27,165 nt of DNA from a virus (lineage: Duplodnaviria > Caudoviricetes). The notes under the pieces are model-generated. The model had not been told where the DNA came from and searched no databases. It worked only from the letters and a program-made list of their open reading frames with translations. The DNA is taken from positions 1-27,165 of IMG/VR virus record IMGVR_UViG_3300037424_003002. One strand, written 5' to 3'. Shown piece by piece: positions 17,701-26,370 of the stretch (position 1 is the first letter of the stretch; each line of letters starts with the position of its first letter). A program made the translations under genes and the position numbers.

Positions 17701-20700
17701 TCAGGTGTTGGCTGGGTGGTTGGCGCAGATCCTGCACCGCCATTCCTGATGGTGCGTTCGAGCCGTTGTATCCCCTCCTGATTGATGTGCTCCAGCTCTG
17801 CGATCTGTGCGACCTTCTCTGTCTGGTAATACTTCTGCTTGGCTGCTTCGATCTGCTCGCGTGTTGCTCCCATTTGCCGGGCTTGCATCTGTTCTCGGCG
17901 GAAGTTCTTTTCCCTGGTCACGATCTCATCAGAGAACTTGACATATGCCTCCCACCACTGGCGCGCCGCTTCTCCTGCAGCAACGCCGTGCATGTCGGTG
18001 TGGACATCGGCGAGCGCTTCACCCATGCGGACCTCTGCCTGGTGCTTGGTGGCGAATGCCTTGTCAAAGGCGCGGTCGATGGCTGCCTGGTCCGACTCCC
18101 ATGTACTTGGCGCGTTCGGGTCATCACGGAGCCGGTCGAAGAATTTTCGACGCGTCTCCCGCATGAAGTCGTATGCCTGCTTCATAGCGGCATCACTGTC
18201 CGCGATCGCCGCCAGCATATCCATCGCCTTCGGGTTGCCACTCTCCCCCCAGGCGTCGAAGATACCCTTGTAATTGCTTGCGGTCCGGGCGTTGACGCGC
18301 CGGAATTCCTGATCGCTGATCTTGTACGCTTCCTCGATGGCGCGATTGCGCAGGTCCGGATCGTAGATTTCCTGCAAGTCGGCGAAGATCTCGCCGAAGC
18401 GGGAGTAGTGATCCAGCCAGGCGTCGAAGTATTCACCGTTCACGCGCTGCACTACATCCAATGCGGCCGGTGCGCCTTCAGCCTGGACCTTGTTGGTCAC
18501 AGATTCCGCCATTGCCCTGAGATCCCGGGCGGTCTGCATGTCCTGGAAGTCCTGAGCCTTCTGCACGGCTCGAGTGAATGCGCCTCGTACTTTGTCGGGC
18601 GTGTTAGCCTTCGATAAGCCGCGGTCCAGCTCATCCAGGACGCCGACCTTTTCCAATAGCCTGGCTGCGCTCGTCGCGGGGATGTTCATCTTCTGGGCGG
18701 CGTCGTTGACCAGCGAGCGCGACATGATCCCCGATTGCCTGGAGAAAATGAATCGCTCGATCTCGCCTTTGTTCATGCCGGCTTCGATCAGGTTGTAGAT
18801 CTGGTTCGGGTTGATGCCGGCCCGCTCCAGATGACTGCGCAGTTCCGGCGTGACTTCACTGAACCCTTTGCCCCGTCTCCAGGTCTGCGACCACATGTCA
18901 CGCATCGCGATCATGTAGCCGTTCTTGCCCTCCAGACTCTCGAATGCGGAGGATAGTTTATTGAACGGCATCGCTTTACCAATCGCAGACGTCCACCGCT
19001 GCGCCTTGCCGAGTGCGTCGTTCTGGTTTCCCTTGATCGCCTTACCGATCTTCTCCGTCTTGACGCTGCTCTTCGAGGTTGCCTGCTCGACCACGCCACC
19101 GATGCCGACGCCCTCCTCTAATCTCGCAGGCGTCACGCCGAACCGCTCAAGCCAGCCATCGATCTGCCGCGGCGTCATGTACCCATAGATGCCGGTCGCT
19201 GCCCGGTGCACCATGTTTGACATGCCATTCTGCAGAGCGTAGCCAGGTGAGCCGCCCAGGAGGAGCACGGATTGCGCGCTCTTGAGTAAGTGCGTGGTCC
19301 GGAAGAATGCCTTACTCTCCGGCGTATCCTTCCCAAGTTCCAGCTTCTCGACCGTCCACTCATCGAAGTGCGAGCCGAGCGCGTCCATCAGTGACGCCTT
19401 CCATTGATCCGGATGCCAGTGCAGGGCGCCGTCGCCGGTGAATGCGTCGACAATATCCTTTAGGTGATCCGGGGTGAACTCGCCGCGCTGGATCTGCCCC
19501 AGTAACTCCTTTGCGCCCGGGTCGGCTGAGTCCTGGAGTCTCTTCGTCACGCGCTGAAAGTCCTGCTCGGTTGTGCCGCGCTTCGCCAGGTCCTCGATGA
19601 ACGTGCCGGGCTGCTCACCCAGAACGTCCGCCATCTTGAGCAGAGCTTCCCGCTTTGGCTGTGCCAGGTCCCAGGAGGCGAGTAGCCCATCCACCTTCTG
19701 ACCGTCGAAGTCCTTGAGCGCGGGCAGGATCGTGTACCACTCCGGAGACTGCGCGATCTTGTTGCCCATCTCAGACCACAGTTTCATGTCGCCCTTCGAG
19801 AGCGTGCGCATGAACTGACCGATCTCATGGGGATCAGAGAATGTCGAGAGGAGTGAGCCGATGTTGTTGTAGAACATGGTCGCCCCTTCGCGTGCGCGTG
19901 CCTCCGGCGTCAGGGCTGCGATGTCTTCCTTGAACTTCTGCCAGATCCCAGCGCGCTTGGTCGGCTTGTCAAGTAACCCTGTCTGCGTGAGCGGACCGGC
20001 TTTGATCTGTCCGGCTTCGTTGATGCCTGCCACCCAGCGCGAGACGGAACCCATCTGGGAATAGTCGAAGCCCGGCGCCATGTCTCCCGTCTGGACCAGC
20101 GTCTGATACCTTCTCGCTGCTTCGAACGGCGCTTTGGTTTCGGCGAATGCACGCGCCGCAGTCTCATGCCCCGTCAGTTTGGCTAACATTCCCGTCGTCT
20201 TGGTGGTGACGTTAGGCAGTTTCTCAAGCGGGTCGATCAGCATCTGACCGGTAAAGTCTGCGATCTGGGAGCCTACGAACTGGCTGTTCTCTCCGATCAG
20301 AAAGCGGACGATCTCCTTGGGGTCTTCACCTTTCAGGATCGCCGCATGGATCGTCTGCCTGGCTTCGTCGAGGACGCTGGCAGTCACCTTGTCGTGCTCG
20401 TCATAGAGATGTTCGGTCGCAGGGTTGAATGTCTTGAGCTTTGTGCGCTGGACAGGATCGGCTCTGCCGACAATGAAGTCCTCATTGACGTCGGCGAACT
20501 CGGCGTCCTTATCCCCGAACAGCCGGGCGAGTGCCGGCATCCAGTTACGAGCATCGAGGAAATCATAAGCTTCATAGGCAAACCGTCCCGCCTCCCATGT
20601 GGCTGTGCGCTGCGCGGGATCGATGATCATCTGCCTGGCGAGATCCTTGTCCTCCACTGCCGCGTACTGTAACTGTAACCCGTAGCCAATGGTCTGCTCT

Positions 20701-21590
20701 GCGCCTTCGCTCAGTTTGTTGAGCACCGCCATCATGCCCGCGACCGTGGTCGGCTGCTCGAATACTCCGGCTGTTGGATCGTACTGCTGACCGCCGACCA
20801 GACCCAGCCCATATCCAGCGGCTGCGCCCACCACCTTCCCGGGAATACCAAACATCCCACCAGCACGCGCACCAGCCAGCGCCATGGGACTTGCCATGAT
20901 CTTGGGATTCGACATGATCGACCAGTAGGTCTTCTGCCACTTGGGTACACGCGACCAGTCGAAGGCAGGATCGTTCAGGATCTGATCACGGACCGCGACC
21001 GGATACTGCGCAATGTCGAAGTTCCTATCTCCAAGGATCGTTCTGCGTTCTTCCGGATCGATGTCGTTCCATGCCGCCTGTCCCTTTCGTACCGCGTCCG
21101 TCGTTGTGAATGGGCTTTCCTTCTCTGCCTCCGGATCAGGCGGACCCTGAATGGACTTGAGAAAATCCAGAGCGGGGTCGTCGCCCGGCAGGAGTTTCCA
21201 GTCGGTGTCTGGTGTGTTGCCGTTGCGGAACTTGTGCCACTGGTACGCCTGCTCGATCTGCTGCTCCTGTCCCTTCATCCAGTCGGGCAGAGACATGTCT
21301 TTCGGCGTCGCCTTCATGACCTTATATGCATTGACGATCTGGCGCGGGTCCTGTGCCCACGTCGGCGCATATCCCAGCTGCCGCTCAATCGCCTTCTTCG
21401 GGCTGAGCATATTCTTCTGAAGCTCAGGTTTCAGGCTGTTGTAATACGGCTCATAGTGCTGCTGGTAATAGTCGGCGCGCGCAACATCTGGTGGATTGCG
21501 AACATCCACCGGCTTTGGTTTCGGTTGAGGCGGTTGGGCAGGCGGCTGCTGTGGTTTCGGCGTCGGCTGTTTCTTGGGAGTAGGTGGCAT
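14742..21590 (-). CDS. Giant (2282 aa) internal virion / DNA-ejection protein (putative)
   Basis: Uninterrupted helical ORF in the head module; Gly-zipper segment near the N-terminus; no enzyme motif recognised. Confidence 0.6.
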   Translation of the reverse strand: MPPTPKKQPTPKPQQPPAQPPQPKPKPVDVRNPPDVARADYYQQHYEPYYNSLKPELQKNMLSPKKAIERQLGYAPTWAQDPRQIVNAYKVMKATPKDMSLPDWMKGQEQQIEQAYQWHKFRNGNTPDTDWKLLPGDDPALDFLKSIQGPPDPEAEKESPFTTTDAVRKGQAAWNDIDPEERRTILGDRNFDIAQYPVAVRDQILNDPAFDWSRVPKWQKTYWSIMSNPKIMASPMALAGARAGGMFGIPGKVVGAAAGYGLGLVGGQQYDPTAGVFEQPTTVAGMMAVLNKLSEGAEQTIGYGLQLQYAAVEDKDLARQMIIDPAQRTATWEAGRFAYEAYDFLDARNWMPALARLFGDKDAEFADVNEDFIVGRADPVQRTKLKTFNPATEHLYDEHDKVTASVLDEARQTIHAAILKGEDPKEIVRFLIGENSQFVGSQIADFTGQMLIDPLEKLPNVTTKTTGMLAKLTGHETAARAFAETKAPFEAARRYQTLVQTGDMAPGFDYSQMGSVSRWVAGINEAGQIKAGPLTQTGLLDKPTKRAGIWQKFKEDIAALTPEARAREGATMFYNNIGSLLSTFSDPHEIGQFMRTLSKGDMKLWSEMGNKIAQSPEWYTILPALKDFDGQKVDGLLASWDLAQPKREALLKMADVLGEQPGTFIEDLAKRGTTEQDFQRVTKRLQDSADPGAKELLGQIQRGEFTPDHLKDIVDAFTGDGALHWHPDQWKASLMDALGSHFDEWTVEKLELGKDTPESKAFFRTTHLLKSAQSVLLLGGSPGYALQNGMSNMVHRAATGIYGYMTPRQIDGWLERFGVTPARLEEGVGIGGVVEQATSKSSVKTEKIGKAIKGNQNDALGKAQRWTSAIGKAMPFNKLSSAFESLEGKNGYMIAMRDMWSQTWRRGKGFSEVTPELRSHLERAGINPNQIYNLIEAGMNKGEIERFIFSRQSGIMSRSLVNDAAQKMNIPATSAARLLEKVGVLDELDRGLSKANTPDKVRGAFTRAVQKAQDFQDMQTARDLRAMAESVTNKVQAEGAPAALDVVQRVNGEYFDAWLDHYSRFGEIFADLQEIYDPDLRNRAIEEAYKISDQEFRRVNARTASNYKGIFDAWGESGNPKAMDMLAAIADSDAAMKQAYDFMRETRRKFFDRLRDDPNAPSTWESDQAAIDRAFDKAFATKHQAEVRMGEALADVHTDMHGVAAGEAARQWWEAYVKFSDEIVTREKNFRREQMQARQMGATREQIEAAKQKYYQTEKVAQIAELEHINQEGIQRLERTIRNGGAGSAPTTQPTPDAPSPATTTRTGGEDVFIREPVADETRALIEQAQQRVREQQEAVQAKVTSVWEAAANHGFFGVDDQGNQVPRARYDLLRLVKKYAGNTEEGQYVMSFDDLTPEAVDRALVNRELLQASGAGLLEVTPEDLIGGLDNILARLDNTLKSGSEAQRIKRLQELNTEINSAFQSIPDDVPYEIVRDFIDTQMRLDQELDLLQRDQVVAEASYNNDLTVAEMEARGNATENRLVQEERTGKEKIDLNIDEAARAEEVAYIRQTLDLDSIREKAKRMRAQRNTDSNNTIFQDPYPLGTMENASGFKADSEWQDAGWKQHVRPLLDAMQTVAIDKLTGERSLDGAYKDLSPEGQQQLRQYVRSVQNDMGAVKNSTVKWGESQRDFAMLNYNRRYGFDRYLETVAPYEFYYTRSLMTWGIRALDKPSWYANYARIRNMQNQHERDVPERLRNKFRIPAPWLPDWMGDALYIDPLQNLFTPAGFLRPFETMMRDKNYQVIEAERILQEWAADGTISQDAIAQAAATRSGALWERAAAEAGIRRESEISNPFDFMATLFGPAWYLSTPLNLMGVEVPFLSKGDPNKVTSTPLLNTSRAIEATTKGTWAEPIGQFVGVIGKPEEMLRKKAGLPEFGEFGDYYVDRQLANMVAEGLISSQDAQMAMIERNGELFDQARERVKMELAMRTPLAGAVYAGTHGGAGDAAKSFLPSLFGSGLLPAGELEYRGLKTEWNAAWKQYDAGDKTAINSFFEEHPEYEAYLAKGKEPQERLRSYLVGNIWDQYMALGDTNKKAARAQMGDEFARSFLDKETRSYDSLDVQTLTSWAQMLGALIPRTPETSPVMAVPAGEQPQLDLYDPSVTAVTDKFFTERKDKYSDYFMLEQGYYSLPKSKRAGYLLKFPRLKEYQNWRDGYYKQYPGLKPILQGKVFKTVDTSTWAPGLEQFIVTYAMTGKPLPKGATSALEQVWIREGRPMGDFKSWLNSQVVPAMMYQQPQQ
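15199..15216. repeat. Palindromic site (exact copy)
   Basis: gc ACCGCC ATCACC GGCGAT gt. Confidence 0.65.
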
Positions 21591-21603
21591 AGGTCAGGTC
21601 CTT

Positions 21604-21621
21604 ACCGCCGTTCACGGCGGT
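21604..21621. promoter_or_regulatory. Palindromic site (exact copy), intergenic, next to the RBS of the giant gene
   Basis: ctt ACCGCC GTTCAC GGCGGT; shares CTTACCGCCGT with the 11595 copy. Confidence 0.75.
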
Positions 21622-21633
21622 GCGATATCTAAA

Positions 21634-22416
21634 TTACTCCGCCGCGTTCCAGGAAAAGAGATTGAGATACGAGGGCGGGAAGTAGTCTGACGGGTTGTAG
21701 CCACCGTAGCCACCATACCCACCGCCTCTGCGCTTTCGCCAGTTAGTCCCGTACTGCGTGCCAAATCCGCCACTGCCATCGTCAAGTGGATCAGCAACGG
21801 GAAAGACAGGGATACCAGTATTGACTTGCCCGGACCCCGACAACATGGAGCCAGTCGGGAAGACCGATGGGTTCGCGTACACAGGTGGACCGCCAGGAAT
21901 ACCGGTGTTGACCGCGCCATCTCCTGACACGAATGATCCGCCAGGTCTGCCGGTGTAGCCGCGGTCCTGCATCTGATTGTATGGGTTGGATGGTCGGGTC
22001 GGCTGAGCAGCTCCACCCAGCCACGCCGGAACCCGCGGGCGCGTGACCTGCGACACTGCCGTTGGCTGTAATGCTGTTGATCCGGTCCGAGTCCTGGCAA
22101 CCGTTCCGCCTCCGCCGACAAAGGAGTTGGTCGGGACGTAGTTGTACCAGGGCACCGGCTGCCCGGTCTGTGCGCTCCGTCTCCTGGCTTCATCCTGTCG
22201 CGCGGCCTGCTCGTAATAGTTGGCGTCAAATTGCATGTCCGGGATGTTGGCGCCGGGGTTGATCCCGCCCCGCTTTTTCACCACTCCCGCCGAGCCCCTC
22301 ACGTTGCCGATCCCTGCTCCTCCCTGGGCTGTCGGCGCGGTTGGTGTCCCGCGCTGCCACCATTGCGTCGGCAGTGGCGCGCTGGTCCGTCTGTTATTCT
22401 GCTGTACCTGTGCCAT
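21634..22416 (-). CDS. Low-complexity Gly/Pro/Gln/Tyr-rich protein (possible DNA pilot/ejection protein)
   Basis: ATG 22416 with GGAGGT SD; disordered composition; position between portal and giant gene. Confidence 0.6.
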   Translation of the reverse strand: MAQVQQNNRRTSAPLPTQWWQRGTPTAPTAQGGAGIGNVRGSAGVVKKRGGINPGANIPDMQFDANYYEQAARQDEARRRSAQTGQPVPWYNYVPTNSFVGGGGTVARTRTGSTALQPTAVSQVTRPRVPAWLGGAAQPTRPSNPYNQMQDRGYTGRPGGSFVSGDGAVNTGIPGGPPVYANPSVFPTGSMLSGSGQVNTGIPVFPVADPLDDGSGGFGTQYGTNWRKRRGGGYGGYGGYNPSDYFPPSYLNLFSWNAAE

Positions 22417-22675
22417 AGTTACCTCCAGTAGTAGGGTTAGAAACAGGACGATAAGCATCCGGCTCACCGCCTGACATCTCCATGATCTTTGCGTACATCT
22501 CCGGGTATTCATCCTTCACCTGTTCTTTCACCTCGTCGGCAAGCGTCATCCACCGCATGCGGAGCGCGTCCACCATCTGCGGCATCTCCAGTTCTTCAAG
22601 GAGTTCGCCAAGGATCTCCTCGAAATCAGCGTATGCCTCGAGCAGTAAGTCGCGGAAGTCCAGGTCGGCGCCCAT
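22394..22675 (-). CDS. Small acidic hypothetical protein
   Basis: TAATG coupling with the portal stop; 93 aa, helical. Confidence 0.65.
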   Translation of the reverse strand: MGADLDFRDLLLEAYADFEEILGELLEELEMPQMVDALRMRWMTLADEVKEQVKDEYPEMYAKIMEMSGGEPDAYRPVSNPTTGGNYGTGTAE

Positions 22676-24381
22676 TACATTCTCTCCTGCGGCGGAATCA
22701 TTGGTCCCGTCTGCGGCATCTGCTCCATGTTCGGCTGTCCCTGTGCGCCCATCATCTCCGGAGACATCGCCGCCTCTGGTGGTGGGAGCTGCTCGGATGG
22801 TGGCATCGCCTGATCTGGCGGTGTCGGATCGACGCTGGCGGGCGGACCCATCAGGTTACCGAGTGCCTTCTCCATAAACTTCCCCATGATGTTCGGGTCC
22901 TGCATCATCCTGCCCGTGAACGCCTTGAGCATCTGCTCCTTGATGACCTGCTTCATCATGGCTTTGGTGTCGCCGACCTGCAGAAGGTTCTCATGTTTCC
23001 ACTCATCACTGACGAGATCTCCCAGTCCCTGCGCGATCTGGCTGTTGCGGAGATTGTCCTGCGGTAGTCTCGGCTCCAGCCTGACATCGATCTCATACTC
23101 ATCAGGGATGTCGGTCGCGGGGATCAGGTCGTTCTCGATCCCCTCGTATTTGATCCGGCAAAGGATGTGCTCGAAGATGTCCTTGAACGCCTGCTGTATA
23201 GCCTCCTTCGGGTCCTGGAGTGGAAGCTGCCCCGCGCTCGATAGCATCGCCAGTCCCGAGAACGTAGAGCCTGACAGGTTCTGACCCAACGTCTGCTTGT
23301 AGATCATCGAGTCATTGCCGACCTCGTCCAGCATCTTCTTGATCTCCATCGCATCACGGTCCACGACAGGGAAGTTTGCCGGCTGCGCTTTGCCGATGAT
23401 CTTCCTGACGCCGCCGGTGAAGTCTATGTTGATCTCTGTCTGACCGTTCACGCTATCGGGATCGACGATCAGCAGCGGACCCGGCAAGCCCTGCATGTAG
23501 AGCGCCGTGAAGATATATGTGAACCACAGGTTCTCCCGCTTATCCCACTCACCCTTGGCATGGGCATAGAGGAATGGCTGGAGCTGGTACTTGGCTTCGT
23601 TGAACAGGCTCGACCCACCCGCATACCTGGCAACGACATTCATACTGTCCATGCTGTGGTACTTGGCGAAGATCGCATTCTTCACGTTGTCAGCCCACAC
23701 GACACGCTTCTCCAGGTCCAGGAAGTCATGCACCTTGACGACTTTCCGCTGGTCTCCCTGGGTGTCGATGCCCCAGCGCTCCTTCAGTTCCAATCCGGAC
23801 ATGTTGTACTCTCGCAGATGCTGAAGCATGCCGAGCTCACCCCAGTCCTGATAGCTTTCCTCTGCATTGATCGCGCGCACCAGCACCGGCGTTCGTTTCC
23901 TGATCGCCTCCAACCGCTTCTTGTACATCGGCTTCTTCTGCACCGCCAACATGTCGTCGACACTCTCCGCTCCCAGGACCACGGGACCATACAGGATCGC
24001 CGAGAGAATAGCATCCTTATCGATGCGTGCCCGGCGGTACTCTCCACTCACACTCAGAATCTTCTTGAGCCCGTTCTCAATGTCGTCAGACTTGGGATGC
24101 TTGTCTCCCTTTGCCTTGATCGTGATGTGTACTTCGCTTGTATCCAACAGGCGCTTCATGCCGGTGACTGCATTCCTCCCGCCAGGTGAGGCGGTTAGTT
24201 TCCAGTCATCCTTGTCGACGCCCTGGTTCTTCGGCTGCTCGATGTTCTCCATGAAGTAGATCTCACGATAGCGCTGGTACATAGTCATGAGATCTCTGTT
24301 GTCGGTGACCATTCTCTGCGCCGTGGCTTTGACGGCATCAACATCCGCTTCCGGGACCTGCTTGAGTTTCTTGGTTGCCAT
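22675..24381 (-). CDS. Portal protein
   Basis: 568 aa directly after terL (TAATG coupling); SG.A..MLS-type motif; Pro/Met/Gln-rich tail typical of podoviral portals. Confidence 0.75.
   Translation of the reverse strand: MATKKLKQVPEADVDAVKATAQRMVTDNRDLMTMYQRYREIYFMENIEQPKNQGVDKDDWKLTASPGGRNAVTGMKRLLDTSEVHITIKAKGDKHPKSDDIENGLKKILSVSGEYRRARIDKDAILSAILYGPVVLGAESVDDMLAVQKKPMYKKRLEAIRKRTPVLVRAINAEESYQDWGELGMLQHLREYNMSGLELKERWGIDTQGDQRKVVKVHDFLDLEKRVVWADNVKNAIFAKYHSMDSMNVVARYAGGSSLFNEAKYQLQPFLYAHAKGEWDKRENLWFTYIFTALYMQGLPGPLLIVDPDSVNGQTEINIDFTGGVRKIIGKAQPANFPVVDRDAMEIKKMLDEVGNDSMIYKQTLGQNLSGSTFSGLAMLSSAGQLPLQDPKEAIQQAFKDIFEHILCRIKYEGIENDLIPATDIPDEYEIDVRLEPRLPQDNLRNSQIAQGLGDLVSDEWKHENLLQVGDTKAMMKQVIKEQMLKAFTGRMMQDPNIMGKFMEKALGNLMGPPASVDPTPPDQAMPPSEQLPPPEAAMSPEMMGAQGQPNMEQMPQTGPMIPPQERM
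22766..22822. repeat. Two palindrome copies in the portal 3' end
   Basis: ATCGCC GCCTCT GGTGGT (22766, one mismatch) and ATCGCC TGATCT GGCGGT (22805, exact). Confidence 0.65.
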
Positions 24382-25781
24382 TAGATACCTTTCACTCTCG
24401 CCATTGGGTGGCGTTGTGGTTTGGGTGGTTGGACTTCCGCCTTGCGTTCGTTGGTCAAGCCGTACTTGAGTGTGTCGAAGGCGTGGTCTTCCTGGTCTGT
24501 GTCGACGTCCTCGGGGTTACGCTCATCGCTTGCCAGGTTCGACATCTGTTCGATGATATGCGGGCAGGTCTCGAAGAACTGAATACCTGGATCACCATCC
24601 GGCAGGTCGGCGAGCAGGTTGTTGACCTTGCGCTTTCCACTCAGCCGGTCGTTGTCTCCCCTAGTCAGGGTGATCCCCTCCGCTTTGTACTCATCGGCGG
24701 TGGAGAATACCTGCCCCTCCCTGTTCTTGCGTTCCCACAAACTCGGGTCGGCATAGTGGATGAAGTATGTTTCAGTGACCGGTGACATATCCAGGATGCC
24801 GCGTGCCTGCTGCCGATCCGTGAGAAGCGTGGCGTAGAACTCACGGTAGACATAGATCCTGCGCGTGTCCGGGTCCTTGGTCAGCCACAACGTACAGAAC
24901 GGTGACGCAAATCCCCAGTCTGTCGCCCGCCATTTCAACCAGTGAGCAGGGACATCGAACGGCTTGACGACATGCCGGTCCCGGTTCCATTGTGGGAATG
25001 CCATGCCTGCGAACGCGTCCCAGTCTCCATCCCGCCAGGCTTTCCCGAGTGGACCGGTCAGACCATCCAGCCAGGCTTGATACTCCGGATTGACGAAGGG
25101 ATTGTAGACATGGGTCACATCGAAGAAGCGGGTGACCTTCTCCTTCATTTGCCGGAAGGGTTCGATGAACATGCGCTTGAACCACAACAGACCGATGCCG
25201 TCGGCGTTCGTGCTCAGGTAGATGCGTGGTCTCCAGTTCGGCTTCGATGTACGCAGTGACCCGCGCAGTTTATCTTTCTTGGTCTCGCTGATCTGTGTGC
25301 ATTCCTCGATGACAATCACATCGTATTCGATACCGAGATACTTCTCAATATCCTTCTCGTCCTTGAACCCGCCGATCACGATCCGGCTGCTGTTCTTCAA
25401 CTCGACGCCATCGGCAGTCGGCATGTGCGGCGTGTACATGAAGACTTTGCGGATAACGTCCTCGAGCGATTCCTTTGCCGCCTTCTGGATCTTGCGCAAG
25501 AACAAGGTCTTGAGATCGTCGCACCGGAGACTGTCGTCGAGCACCTGCCCCATAGTCGTGTGTGACTTGCCTGGTCCGCGCTTGCCGCCCAGCGCGAGCC
25601 ACTCCGGACCATCCGCAAGATCCGCCTGTCGTGCCGCAGCATGGAAGGGAAGCATCCCCTCGAGGGGGATGTATCCGGCTTTGACGAACCGCTCCGCCTG
25701 GTCGCGTGGGCAGCCGGCGTCACGCATGGCAATCAGCATGCGCTCGATCTTCTCGTCAGCTGTTATCGTCGCGACTGCCAT
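24381..25781 (-). CDS. terL: Terminase large subunit
   Basis: Walker A GGKRGPGKS, Walker B VIVIEE, coupling motif STN, nuclease ATDWGFASP and DHAFDTLKY; start ATG 25781 with GGAG SD. Confidence 0.93.
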   Translation of the reverse strand: MAVATITADEKIERMLIAMRDAGCPRDQAERFVKAGYIPLEGMLPFHAAARQADLADGPEWLALGGKRGPGKSHTTMGQVLDDSLRCDDLKTLFLRKIQKAAKESLEDVIRKVFMYTPHMPTADGVELKNSSRIVIGGFKDEKDIEKYLGIEYDVIVIEECTQISETKKDKLRGSLRTSKPNWRPRIYLSTNADGIGLLWFKRMFIEPFRQMKEKVTRFFDVTHVYNPFVNPEYQAWLDGLTGPLGKAWRDGDWDAFAGMAFPQWNRDRHVVKPFDVPAHWLKWRATDWGFASPFCTLWLTKDPDTRRIYVYREFYATLLTDRQQARGILDMSPVTETYFIHYADPSLWERKNREGQVFSTADEYKAEGITLTRGDNDRLSGKRKVNNLLADLPDGDPGIQFFETCPHIIEQMSNLASDERNPEDVDTDQEDHAFDTLKYGLTNERKAEVQPPKPQRHPMARVKGI

Positions 25782-26370
25782 AGATCTTCTCCAGGCTTGC
25801 GTCCAACCCCTCCACATGTAACCTGTGGTCGACTTCGACGCGGTCGGTGAACAGCTTGTGGTGTTTGCCGATCAGTTCGTTGGCGCTCTTCGCGTCATGT
25901 ATCTCGATACTCATCCCTCGCCGACCACGGTCAGAGAACCGCCTGACAAGGTACGAATACTGCGGGTCCATGAGGCGGTCCAAGTCCAGGATCACGCGCC
26001 GCACTCGGTAGCTGATCCGCTTGACCGGCTTCTCCCCGCTATCATCGACAACTTCTCTCTCGTCCAGGATCTCTGATGTCGGCGGCGGGTTGAACATCCA
26101 CTCGTCAGTCACCTTGAAGAAGTGACCCATGTCCCCACGCGCCATGCGACCAAGGTTTGCCAGGACCTCATCGGCACTCAAGTGTGTTTCATCCAGCCGA
26201 TCTCGGATCACTTCCTGGATGTGAGGTTTTGTGAGGAGGTCGTATCCCTGTTCCCTGGCTGTTCGTTCTGAATACCCAGCGCGGCGCGCGGCTTCCGCCG
26301 CACTCCAGCATTGCAGGTATTCATTCACGAACATCTCTTGCTTGGGGGTAAGCCGCTTGCTCTCCGCCAT
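25756..26370 (-). CDS. terS: Terminase small subunit
   Basis: LTPKQEMFVNEYL...AAEAARRAGYSERTA....LLTKPHI HTH; C-terminal ANELIGKHHKLFTDRVE; GGAGG SD. Confidence 0.92.
   Translation of the reverse strand: MAESKRLTPKQEMFVNEYLQCWSAAEAARRAGYSERTAREQGYDLLTKPHIQEVIRDRLDETHLSADEVLANLGRMARGDMGHFFKVTDEWMFNPPPTSEILDEREVVDDSGEKPVKRISYRVRRVILDLDRLMDPQYSYLVRRFSDRGRRGMSIEIHDAKSANELIGKHHKLFTDRVEVDHRLHVEGLDASLEKIYGSRDDNS

Noticed and set aside
17427-18617. 396-aa plus-strand ORF
   Set aside because: Antisense shadow of the giant gene; no recognisable features
11598-22822. Palindrome set as a CRISPR array or IS/MITE ends
   Set aside because: Irregular spacing, mostly within coding frames, no cas or transposase genes, no target duplications seen
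24381-25781. Walker B VIVIEE instead of DE, or a possible intein in terL
   Set aside because: Conservative variant; normal length and no intein motifs
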